A stretch of DNA of 63,760 bases, filler included, from Asterionella formosa (lineage: Eukaryota): NCBI GenBank assembly GCA_002256025.1. It is 12 parts of 12 records of this genome, joined end to end, with 100 filler letters (N's around TTAATTAATTAA, not from the genome) between each part and the next. Parts side by side here need not be neighbours in the genome. Positions count along the whole stretch, not along the records: positions 37,291 to 42,508 come from NKIB01013166.1; positions 42,609 to 47,824 come from NKIB01013167.1; positions 47,925 to 53,137 come from NKIB01013168.1; 9 more parts are not named here. One strand, given 5' to 3'. A model generated the notes under the pieces. That model worked only from the letters and a program-made list of their open reading frames with translations, made no database searches and was not told the origin of the DNA. Of this stretch, positions 38,619 to 49,876 are shown in pieces. The translations under genes and the position numbers were made by a program. Each line of letters starts with the position of its first letter. Position 1 is the first letter of the stretch.

Positions 38619-39792
38619 ATGACTTCAATCGCCCCAAGCACGGCATTGTCTATGTCACGTGAACGCTCCTTGATAGGACTGATAATGCTTGAAGTGGAAC
38701 GGTAGTCCATGAGCGTGTTCGCGATGCTTACGAGGCAAATGAATGCGATTCACCAACGCTTTACTCATGCAACGACTGCTCCTTCTATACTCGCCAGGAA
38801 ACCGCATTTCACTCATCTCCAAGAAGAATATTCGCTATGAGGGAACTCTATATTCCATCAACGAATCCGATGCGACTGTCGCTCTGCAGGACGTTCGATC
38901 CTTTGGGACCGAGGGCCGCGATAAAATGGACCCCACTGGCGGTACCACATTCGTCCCTCCCCAAGATACTGTTCATCCGTATCTGGTATTTAGGGGCTGT
39001 GATATCAAGGATTTGCATGTCCACGAGAATTTGGAGGAATCAACCCTACCAGCGCCCGCCGATTTGCCTTTACCGGAATTGCCAGCGCCGCCTAGTCCAC
39101 CATTGCCTCCGACGGAAACAACAGCTCCAGTCACAGAGATCGATGGAACTGCCAGCAACAATAACGCTCGTCCCAAGAAGTCACAGAGACCCAAAAATAA
39201 TAACTCCAAGAAGCCCATTAGTCAAATCGGAACTGGTGCCAGTCTGTTGAACCGCAAAGAGCGAGGGGCAGTTACAGGAGTGTCATCGTCAACACCTCAA
39301 GACGATTTTGATTTTGAATCGAATTTGCGCAACTTTGGAAAGGAAGGAGACGAGGAAGAAGACGATGGTGCAGCTTATGCAAAGGACGACTTTTTTGATT
39401 CAATATCCTGTGATGCCATTGACAAGCGGAACGGAGTGGACAATCGCCTTCGTGGGTCCACAGAAAGATCGCTCAATACCGAGACTTTTGGTGCTGTGGC
39501 ACTGAACTCTCAGAGACGACGAAGGAGCAATCGTTCTGGTGGTAGAGATGGGAGGGGAATTGCAGGCAGGGATGGTAGAGGAAATGGTCGTGGGGATGGT
39601 AGAGGAAATGGTGGTAGGGATGGTAGAGGAAATGGTGGTAGGGATGGTAGAGGAACGGAAGGCCGACAGGGCAGAGGAAGGGGACGAGGCAGGGGTCGCG
39701 GTCGAGGGGGGCGCAGTAGCAGTGACGGCAACAATGGTGGATCGTGGAGAAGCAATAACGCGTCACAAGAAGGGACAATGGCAAGCTCGTAG
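38619..39792 (+). CDS. LSM14: LSM14/Scd6/RAP55/DCP5 family mRNA decapping and P-body protein
   Basis: LSm domain [16 protein letters not shown]...VRSFGTEGR...FRGCDIKDL, then [19 protein letters not shown] and an RGG tail built from 21-nt repeats. The first exon (ATG 38619) and its donor are uncertain; acceptor at 38797. Confidence 0.92.
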
Positions 39793-40453
39793 TACCTGGT
39801 CTACCCGAGTGAAACCTTTGCTAAATACAATAGAAAGGGATATGAAGGCGGGAACTAGAATTTTCCTGGAGATGATCATTAATAACGGTAGAACCGTCCA
39901 AGCAAATCTCATCTATTANNNNNNNNNNNNNNNNNNNNNNNNNNNNNNNNNNNNNNNNNNNNNNNNNNNNNNNNNNNNNNNNNNNNNNNNNNNNNNNNNN
40001 NNNNNNNNNNNNNNNNNNNNNNNNNNNNNNNNNNNNNNNNNNNNNNNNNNNNNNNNNNNNNNNNNNNNNNNNNNNNNNNNNNNNNNNNNNNNNNNNNNNN
40101 NNNNNNNNNNNNNNNNNNNNNTTTGGTTTTCTAAAATTACCATCAAGTGCTGTCTTGTTTGCTTAATGCAGGTATAATTTAAAAAGAAAAATACATTGCA
40201 TGTCTGTCTCTGAATATGATGAGATGTCGCCATTTTTTTCACACTGGTTTGCAGCGACGTTGCTCACTTTTCAATCCCATAGTTCAAGCTAGGTTGTATC
40301 TGATTGGCTATTGTCAGCGATCGATGAGGAGAATTCATCTGGTGCGATGCAGGGTACAATTGTAGGATAATTCTGGTACGCACTTCCAAAGAAAGAACAA
40401 ATCAAGATAATATACAGAAACATTTTGTTAGACTTGAAAGGTTAGTCCAACAT

Positions 40454-41527
40454 CTATAAAGTAGCAGTGTTGAACCAAGCAAGAACTCCATCATAGACAG
40501 GTAGCACTGCAGCGGCGACTGGACCAGCGCGCAACAGAGTTACACCAAATCCTCGGTAAAATGGTGAAATTGACCCATGCTGTTGGTATACAGATTTAGC
40601 AAGTTCTATGGGACTCTGAGACATTCCGTGAATTGTTTGAGAGTACAAGCGGGCGCGGAGTGCATCCAACGGAAATATGACAGACCAACTGACAACACCA
40701 GCAGCGGCTGCACAGAAACAACGTTCTTGGATAGTAATTGCTGCATCAGGTAAACCTAGTTCGATTCTTCTTTTTTGGCAAAAGTCTCGCTTCATAAACT
40801 CATAGCAAGCAAAGTAGACCCCTCTCCCGATGGTTTCCGCAAGCAAGTGTGGACCAAAACCTGTGTAAAAGTTGGAGAGCTGAATTGACGTTGTTCCCTT
40901 GGGTTTGAGAGTGTCAAGAAGGGCCTTGTGGAAGTCCCACATCATAATTTGCTGCTTCGTCTTGATGAGTATGAGAGGGGAGGTGATGAATGCAAGACAG
41001 CCTCCCGCAGCCATGGACGATAGCGTCACGTTCCTAATGGAATCATTTTCCACATAGTCCAACTCGGAGCAGTTGGGGTCGTCATTGCGATGCAAGATTC
41101 GCCGCATCGAATCATAGATAGCAAAGTTAATACTTTGCACCAAACCTACTGTAACCAGTGGACCTCCAACACCAGCATAAAGCGATCGCATCGAAACTTT
41201 GTGAGGTGCCGCGTGGGAACTCACGCTTGCCGAGGTACCTGCAGCGGTACTAATAGCTCGAGTGCCACCAAGGCTCTGGAATCCTGCCGACTGCAGTGAT
41301 GGCCTGTTTGGTGCTGAATCTCGTGTTTGCATCCAGACTTTTGCGCTATCCATGGGGTGACCAACAACCACACCGCAAATCCCTGCGACGTATCCAGCGA
41401 TAACACTTTGGAAGATGGATTCCGTCGAGTATGCTGATTCCTCTTGTAATGCAGCTGTTTGCTGCATATTTGAAGGGATGGATCGCTTGAGAATCTGTTC
41501 CATCGGTAGTTCCGCCATCTTAATCAT
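40454..41527 (-). CDS. Mitochondrial carrier family (SLC25) protein, carnitine/basic amino acid carrier-like
   Basis: Three carrier repeats: PMDSAKVWMQ, PLILIKTKQQ and PLDALRARL; also LYAG, FYTG and FYRG. Confidence 0.9.
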   Translation of the reverse strand: MIKMAELPMEQILKRSIPSNMQQTAALQEESAYSTESIFQSVIAGYVAGICGVVVGHPMDSAKVWMQTRDSAPNRPSLQSAGFQSLGGTRAISTAAGTSASVSSHAAPHKVSMRSLYAGVGGPLVTVGLVQSINFAIYDSMRRILHRNDDPNCSELDYVENDSIRNVTLSSMAAGGCLAFITSPLILIKTKQQIMMWDFHKALLDTLKPKGTTSIQLSNFYTGFGPHLLAETIGRGVYFACYEFMKRDFCQKRRIELGLPDAAITIQERCFCAAAAGVVSWSVIFPLDALRARLYSQTIHGMSQSPIELAKSVYQQHGSISPFYRGFGVTLLRAGPVAAAVLPVYDGVLAWFNTATL

Positions 41528-43254
41528 CGCTCGAAATACACAAGGAGTGGAAATTAACTACTCGGAGTATAAATCTTCCCACTTTTTGATGGGTCAGTTT
41601 ATATGAACGTTGTATTGCATATAGGCGTACCGGTGCTCTGCAAATGTAAAAAAGATCTACCATTTGTATTTACACGTCGTACATCGCATTTGTTCTCCCT
41701 GCGGCTGAGTGTTCTCATAGCTGTTCTAAATAACACGACCCTTCCGTCGGTTTGCTGTTTTCCTTCCGACTCGCTCGTGTGTCATTACACTCAGCAGCCG
41801 GCGTTTGTGGCTGATTCGTACATGGAAATTTCAGAAAGATCGGAAGTTCGTACGTCGTTGAACTGATGATGCATTCGTTACCGGTATGTTTGAATCTTAC
41901 GTATGTATACCGGTATTCCTCCGCGAAGACTTTAAGATGTTGCCACGTGGAAGATACTGAGCAATGTGAAAAATGCATCGAATTCAATTATTGCTTGTTA
42001 CTACCTACTGGGCTACCTTGCTTACCCAGCCAGCAGCTTTATTAGCTTGCAACAAATGGTGGATCCTCAGTGACAATATGCATGACATGGTGGTAATAGT
42101 GAATCCAGAAAGCTTGTTTCAATTCAACAATAAAAAATGTGCCAGCCAGAGCTCAGTTTAAAAACTTGGAAATCGGTAATTAATAGACGAACACATTTGG
42201 AGGGGTTTTCTAGCAATGAGAACAGGATGGTTAACCAATGATAGCTGGCAATCAATTGAACTTGAATTGACGACGAAAACGAAGAAGTATGACTCCATAC
42301 TAGTCATGAATGGCAAACAGCAGAATAAATCACAAGACAACTAGTACATAATAATCTAACGAACATTTTCATGGCTAATACGATCATATCTAGTCATTAA
42401 CATTGTATTTTAAAATCACATCCATGCATGCAACGAGCTGTTAGAATGGTGGTCGCACTACCAACATGCAACCGTCACAACATACTAAAACCATGCTAGT
42501 AGCTAGTANNNNNNNNNNNNNNNNNNNNNNNNNNNNNNNNNNNNNNNNNNNNTTAATTAATTAANNNNNNNNNNNNNNNNNNNNNNNNNNNNNNNNNNNN
42601 NNNNNNNNTATTATGACTATTCTATTGCTGTTCCAAGTACATCGTTGTTAGCACTCACGCATGTACCTAATCTGGTGGCTGCGCCGGTATGGTTTGTACG
42701 GCGCATGTATGGAGCATCATATGCAGATATTAACACATTCCTCTCTTCCTGTAAATAGTGCATACGTAATCCTTTTTCTCAAATTCTCAGGATCGGAACA
42801 TATCCAGCTGTTCTGATCCTCCTCTATATATAATAAACCCCTAATACTGTAGACCAAGACGACGGGGATACGACAGGTACCTGGTACCAGTACCTGGTAC
42901 TCACTCATCACTTTCTCCGAGGAATCATGTCTGATTTGTTGCTGTTGCGAATACATTATATAAGGACTTGTTTCAATCCAGCTACCCCCAGATGGTGACA
43001 GTGTGCTATTCATCTCCATGTCCATGTCCATGTTGATAGATCCTTCTGTATGCAAAATGAACGAGTTTACAAAACAAGCATCGCTCAGAATGTATGTATC
43101 ATAACCAGGGAAACATCCATAAAGAAGAGTGTAAACGTAAATTCCAACTAACAGTTTAACAAAAACATACCCTACTTATTGATAATCAAAACATAACAGT
43201 TCCGTAATTACAATAATAAATACTAGTTGATCCTCCTAAATATAACCATGATGA

Positions 43255-43979
43255 TCATTTCCCACGGAGATTCAAATTGCGAAGTGCTCCATTACCATTT
43301 TCTTGAACACCATAATTGGATGAGAAATTTCGCATAGCAGACTCAATTAGGGCTTTTCCACCAGCATCGGATATCGTCACCTTGTTGCTGCCATTATTCA
43401 AAGCCAAGTTCCAAAGTGCTCCACAACCTTTTTCTTGCACCCTAGCATTGGAAGAATGAGTCCTCATCGCAGACAGAATTGTAGAAATACCTCCAGCTTC
43501 AGCAATAATCACCTTATTGTTTTCATTATTGTCAGCCAAGTTCCAAAATGCTGAACAACCTTGGAATTGTACATTAGCATTGGATGAATAATTATTCATA
43601 GCTGCCAGAATCATAGGGATACCTCCTGCAGCAGCAATTGCCACTTGTTGTTTTCATTACTATCAGCCAAGTCATCAAGTGCTGCACAACCATACTCTTG
43701 CACAGAAGCATTGGAGGAATGAGTCATCATTGCAGACAGAATCATAGTGATACCTCCTGCGGCAGCAATCGTCACCTTGTTCTTGTCATTCAAAGCCAAG
43801 TTATTGCAGACAGAATCATAGTGATACCTCCTGCGGCAGCAATTGTCACTCTGTTTTTGTCATTATTATAAGCCAAGGACATAAGTGCTCCACAACCATA
43901 TCCTTGCACAGTAGCATTGGAGGAATGAGTCTTCATTGCAGACAGAATCGTAGTGATACCTCCTGCATCAGCAATCATC
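43255..43979 (-). pseudogene. Armadillo-repeat (aardvark-like) array with frameshifts
   Basis: 42-aa units IAxAGGIxxILSAMxxHSSNAxVQxxGCGALxNLA split over three frames. A partial repeat is duplicated at about 43730-43870. The 3' end and stop are intact. Confidence 0.85.
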
Positions 43980-44049
43980 ACGCAGACACAAACGTAGAGC
44001 AGGAAGCCTGTGGGATTTTTCTTCAGCTCTTGTGTGAAATAAAATGCAA

Positions 44050-44919
44050 ATGAGTTATCTGGGGGAACTGAACCATTGAATGTGCCATTGAAAGAATTGG
44101 AGGACAAACCTAGAGCAATTTGACTTTTCAAGAGTCCAATCTCTGTGGGAATTCTGCCATTGAAAGATTTGTCATACAAAGATAGATAAGTGAGACTTGT
44201 CAAGAGTCCAATCTCTCTGGGAAGTGTTCCAGTAAACATATTCGAGGACAAAGGTAGAGTAGTGACACTTGTCAATAGTCCAATCTCTGTGGGAAGTGTA
44301 CCAATGAAAGAATTGCTAAACAAAGATAGATCAGCAAGAGTCCAATCTCTGTGGGAATTGTGCCAACGAAAGAATTGGAGGGCAAATATAGAGAAGTGAG
44401 ACTTGTCAACCAAAAATAGCACCAAGGCAGTCCGCACTTGACGTTTACATTGAGCCCTTTCTTCTGCTTCAATGTCAACAACAGAGGCACTGGCAAGTTC
44501 TGGATCAACCAGCACTAGCTCAGCATTGAATAGTGTTGCACGTTCTAGCTGGCCATGTTCACTCCTAATCTCGTTGGTGTCAAAATCAAAATCAACATTA
44601 CCATTCACAAAGGAATAGTTCTGTGAAGATGTCCATAATCCCTGTACTGGAAACGCACCAGGAAATGAATTAACTCCGAGATTCAAACATTCTGTTTCCT
44701 TTTTCCAACCAAATGCTTTTAGCATTGTCAATGTTGTCTTGAATGTAATGAGAGTTGTCTATTGTTTATTCGAGGTACTTTCTTTGGTTTCTTTGGTTTA
44801 TTCGAGCGACTTTCTGGTTGGTTCTTGCTCGTGTTAAAACTCCTTTTCTCGTCGTTGTCGTTATTGAAAAGTAATCTATCATACTTTTTTCTAGAGTGAC
44901 GATACCTGTTTCTACACAC
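44050..44919 (-). pseudogene. Degenerate LRR receptor-like gene (plant-type extracellular LRRs)
   Basis: Repeats GTLPTEIGLLTSLTxLxLxxNxF, preceded by PGAFPVQG...AELV...hydrophobic segment. Frameshift near 44340-44400 and internal deletions. Confidence 0.75.
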
Positions 44920-45400
44920 ATATTATCTTGTGAAGGTTATGAAGAGAGTTGTGTCTTGCAGTAATTTCCGCAAGCCAATCAAATCATGCTTTGATTTTTT
45001 TGCATCATGCATGATGAGCAAAAAGTTCCTTTGCTCACACATACCAGTAGGGGTGCATTGTCAAGAAACCAAAAGGCATGCAACGCATCCTTTTGCAGCG
45101 TCGTCGATACAAACAACTAATTCTTAGTTTAAAATGCTTGTTATTTATACCCTAACCCTAACCCTGATAAGATTATGAGTTATTGGATTAATTGCAATAT
45201 AACCAGACTACTCCGGGACAATAAGGTTTGCATACAGTAAAGCCCAAAGAATACCAAACACAACGATAAAGGCGACACAAAACCCAAGATCATCCAATAT
45301 TGTATTGGGAATAAACAAGACCATGTAATAGCCTTGAAATTCTCCACCCACAAGAAATGACATTTAACATTCAAAATGCAGAAAGAATACAAAAAACCAA

Positions 45401-47824
45401 TCATTGATATATACCTTGAAATTTCTTTTTCACCCATATGATACTACCAGCATGGTCCAAAACAGGAACCAGGTGGTTCTTCCACTCAGAATGCTTTTCC
45501 TTCTGAGCCTTTTGAGAAATTACTTCATATGATGCTCCAACAATTTCAGTAAGTTTCTTCCTATCCAATTCAAGAATAGAATTATTTTGAGTAGCACTTA
45601 TGCCTGTGAGGAATTCTTCAGTCCTTGCGATGAGCTCTTTTGTAAGTGGATCAACTATCATATCCAAGACAAATTTCTCCATTGATTCTATTGGAAAATG
45701 AATCCCAGTGGTTACTAAGCCAGCAGATACAGCAGCTCTGAGAAGTGACATTGCACATTTGATGGCAGGTGCAATACATGTCACCCATTGCTTGGTAACC
45801 TTTGTAGTAATACAGCTTTCTGTTACAACATCAAATGAATGCTGACAAACAAAGAAAATCTGCACTTCAGTTTTTATCCAGTTTTTTGGCCATTTCCAGA
45901 TTGGTTCCCTTTTTTCATTGAGTGGTACAATATAGACAATTCTGGGACACTTTGCATCCACTCCAGCTGTAAGATTGGCAAGGGCCTGTGTTGTTCGTGA
46001 CAATTGACTGGCAACACGAGTGATCTGCTTCAGAATCTCTTTTTGGTCCTGAAAGAGTTTGGACCAGTTATCATTTTCAGTTTGTTTCTTCAAGTGAAGT
46101 TCATACAGATTGCTGGGCAAGATTTGGCTCTTATACATGTCTGTATTACAATATAACTTGTCACAACCAATGATTGGGCATCGAATGGTCATATCACCAA
46201 GATGCGTAATGACATGACCCTCAAAGCATTGTTGGCATGTGGAATGGTTTTGGCAAATGGAAATGGGAGTAGAAAGTTTGGCACACAAGACACAATTCAC
46301 ACTTGTTGTTCCAGTTTTTCCACCACAGGATGCTTTGGGACTTCCACCAACATCATGATATGTTTGACTTACAAATCGACCTATTTTTTCAACCAATTCA
46401 ATAGTCTTTGGCCTCTTATTGGGAGTGTATTGAATGCAACGAATGGCTAATTCGCACACAGAGGCCAGAATTCCATCTTCCCATTCCTCTGCAAGAGTAT
46501 CAACATCGTCCACCAATGAGTAACCTGCACACTCTTGAATGTAGCGATCATAGAAATCTCCCAACTTATTCTTATCATTTTGGAGGCAGCCTGTCACAAG
46601 CTCGATCATGACAATGCCAAACGAGAAAACATCACATGATGCTTCAAATGTCTTATGTCCACGAGAATACCATGGACATGTGTAGCCAGGTGTCCCAAAG
46701 ACTCCACCACTTGATGTGTTCCGAACTGAAAAAGAAATTGCACTGGTTGAAATGGAGTCATCAACAGGCACAAACTTGGCTAAACCACAATCAATCAGCT
46801 TGGCAGTATAGTTTCGTTCAAGACAGATATTAGCTGACTTTATGTCACGATGAAACAGAATGAAGTTGTCACTTTTCTCGGTATGAAGGCAGTGGATGGC
46901 ACGAATAATGTCAAACATGATTCGAAGTCGTCTCTCACTTGAGAGACTTGCCATGCTTTGTTCACTTGCATAAAATGTATCAAGCGAACCCATGGATGCA
47001 AACTCATACACCAGGTATTGAGAAGGCGAACCAGGGGACAAATGATAGCCATACAAAGATACAATATGGGGGTGTCGGAACCTCCTTAATGCCTGAAATA
47101 GTAAAAGAGATGAATGAGAAACATAAAGAATTGAAATGACATCCAATAGATGATACCACACATGAGCTCACCTCCAATTCAATTTTGAAAGTTTTGCTAA
47201 CTTCCTGCACTAAATCGTTCTCAACAGCGATATTGAAAAGAATGCGTTTAACAGCAAAATACCGATTGTCATCCTTGCCTTTGTAGACAGCACCAAAACC
47301 GCCTTCACCAAGTTTGAAGGCATCATCAAAGTTGTTTGTACAATAAGTAATGAATTCCACAGGAAGCTCGATTGGTCTTGAATTCACATTTTCCATGGCC
47401 TCCTTCATTTTCGACCGGCCTATGGAAATTGGATCAGTGGGATTGTTACTGCTTGGTGTTGGAGTTGTTGGGGAAGAAGGATGTGCTGCATTTGTTGTTG
47501 TTTTTGATGATGTTGGCTGAGTTGTGTTCGCTGCTGTTGGTTTGCGGTTCTTGTTTCCATCAATGAGTTTGTTTATATCATTTAGTAAATCGTCACCAAC
47601 ACCAATTAAATTACCTGCGAGATCAAGTGTAGTCAAGACAGTATTGACCTTGAGAGCCTCTGCAATGGCCTTGGCTCCGCCATCACCAATTGAATTATAA
47701 CTAAGATAAAGTGTAGTCAAGACAGTATTGACCTTGAGAGTCTCTGCAATGGCCTTGGCTCCGTCATCACCAATTGAATTATTATAGAGATAAAGTGTAG
47801 TCAAGACAGTATTGACCTTGAGAG
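45401..47824 (-). CDS. LRR (RI/NLRC3-type) - IRAK/Pelle-like kinase - RING - coiled coil - C-terminal domain protein, 5' truncated
   Basis: 28-aa LRRs encoded by near-identical 84-nt units; intron 47171-47093 in phase 0. Kinase motifs GEGGFGAVYKG, AVKR, HRDIKSAN, DCG, GTPGY and DVFSFG. RING CVLC..C..H..CQQC..CPIIGC; tail CPRIVYIVP...IFFVCQHS. Confidence 0.88.
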
Positions 47825-48423
47825 NNNNNNNNNNNNNNNNNNNNNNNNNNNNNNNNNNNNNNNNNNNNTTAATTAATTAANNNNNNNNNNNNNNNNNNNN
47901 NNNNNNNNNNNNNNNNNNNNNNNNGACCCGTCCGCACAAAGCGAGCATAATGCTTGCTTGGAAACGATCCCATTAGCAAATAGAATTAATGCTGGAAGAA
48001 CGAGACGGGCCAGGGAGAAAATCATCGTGGTCGTCAAGTGATGAGCGGTTTGGCGGAAAAAGTGAGAGGAATGTACAATGTATATTTCTAATTTGAGAAA
48101 TGTTCGCTCAAAAGTATATTACCGTGTATACTCGAAAACGTATGGTGTACGACACGACCACTCCTTTTCCCCAATCATTAAATTATATTCATTTATTTAC
48201 ATCATTACATACCGGCTATTCATAACTACACCGGTAGTACGAAAAGCGAACCCACATCATTAATTTTATTATTTCAACATTCGTCTCCTTACTACATGTA
48301 CACTGAAGTGTGCATAGAAATATGCACATGTTCACATATCTACCGGTATACAGGTTCATTACTATGTGAGAGTAGAGCCTATTATTAGTACCGTTACCAG
48401 TACCAGGTATCAGGTACGCCAGA

Positions 48424-48512
48424 AAGTTGCGGTCATTTTGCTGAGTAAATCAACAAAATAATCTGGGATAAAAATAGCTAAAACTTTGGTTCAGCAAAAT
48501 TACAGCAACTTG
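48424..48512. mobile_element. MITE-like element, GCAAGTTGCGG family
   Basis: AAGTTGCGGTCATTTTGCTG...ATCTGGGATAAA...CAGCAAAATTACAGCAACTTG. Confidence 0.7.
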
Positions 48513-49058
48513 GAAGGTGTAAGTATACCCTTTAGACTTTTACATCAGCCAACAAGTATACCGGTATTTTTATTCACGCAAAGCAACAAAAGAATCCCGC
48601 GGTACAGAATAAGCACTCTGGCTGCGTGCAGTATTAGTATTTACAGTTCATGTACAAAGCAATGGATTGCCCTGATGTAATCATCCTATGTAGCATAGGT
48701 GAATGGGGTAGATGCTATAAAGCTGCTCGCCTCTTTCGGTTGATGTGAACTAGTATACAATAAAGGATGGTCACTGATAAACTATCAAGTACAATAGCTG
48801 GTGTTGGTATTTATAATGTATTATAGTTATATTCAATTACTAGCCATGTCTACCAGTTCTCATGAAGGGGACCACATCGATGTTGGTGTATGTTAGTAAA
48901 GTAGTTTTTTAGATTTTCTATTCCACAGATGCAAATGCCAGATGCATCATTACATGCAAAAGGAAAATGATGTGAAACATTCTAATGTATGTCTGTGAGA
49001 CTGTGTCCATTCATTTTAGGCTAATAATAAAGTAGTTTGGTATTGATGACAATATTCA

Positions 49059-49569
49059 TTATTTCTTTGTTGCTCCTTCTTGATCCTTTTTTGGGATCAT
49101 ATCTTGTGGTGAATACTTGGGAGGGGGTGGTGGTAATATCCCAAATTTGCCCAATATCCATTGAACCCGATCTGAAGGTTGTGCACCAACTGATATCCAA
49201 TATTTCAATCGATCTGCTTTGAGCCGAATTTCTTTAATTCCCGATGAGTTTGGTTTTGGATTGTATGTGCCGACCTGTGTGTTTCACATTATATATAGTA
49301 TATAGTTATAATAGAAACAGCATTAGTCAGTGTAGGAACAAATATACAAACAATTGCTACATCAATTCTTGCAATATGCAGAGCTGTCCATCGCATTCAT
49401 TATTGCACTGCACTATAAACAGGGAGTTCCTAGTCGTCATTGTAGGTTGACAAAAACTCACCACTTCTAAAAATTTACCATCCCTTGGAGCTCGTGCATC
49501 TGCTGCTACCATTCGATAGAATGGCATTTTCTTTCTTCCGAACCTTTGCAATCGTAGCCTGACTGGCAT
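49059..49569 (-). CDS. RPS16: Ribosomal protein bS16, nuclear-encoded, probably mitochondrial (107 aa)
   Basis: Exon 49569-49462 ([36 protein letters not shown]), intron 49461-49275, exon 49274-49059 (VGTYNP...[13 protein letters not shown]). Confidence 0.93.
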
Positions 49570-49735
49570 TTTAGTTGTTGTTGTTGTTGCAGTTGTCAGA
49601 TGAAATGAAATGGAACGATAAGGATGAAACCAATACAAACAACGAGACAAGGTTGATTGGCGGTGGCGCCGAATACCGGTAATACAATTGGTGATGATGG
49701 TGCTGTCATGATGGAATTACTGTACAGGTACCTGT

Positions 49736-49825
49736 GCAAGTTGAGGTAATTTTGCTGAAACTAAAAGTTTAGCTATCTTTCTCCCATATTAAATTGTTAG
49801 TTTAAGCAAAATTACCGCAACGTGC
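49736..49825. mobile_element. MITE-like element, GCAAGTTGCGG family (reverse orientation)
   Basis: GCAAGTTGAGGTAATTTTGCTG...AAGCAAAATTACCGCAACGTGC, 90 bp. Confidence 0.7.
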
Positions 49826-49876
49826 TGATACCCTCGTACCCCTAGTACTCAATATGGCTGATGCAGTGGTGTATCA

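Noticed and set aside
39473..39784. Antisense Pro/His-rich ORFs over LSM14
   Set aside because: Shadows of the RGG-coding 21-nt repeats.
45071..45165. Hairpin AAAAGGCATGC-AAC-GCATCCTTTT near (CCCTAA)n as a Helitron/Helentron end
   Set aside because: Single occurrence, no canonical CTRR end and no second copy.
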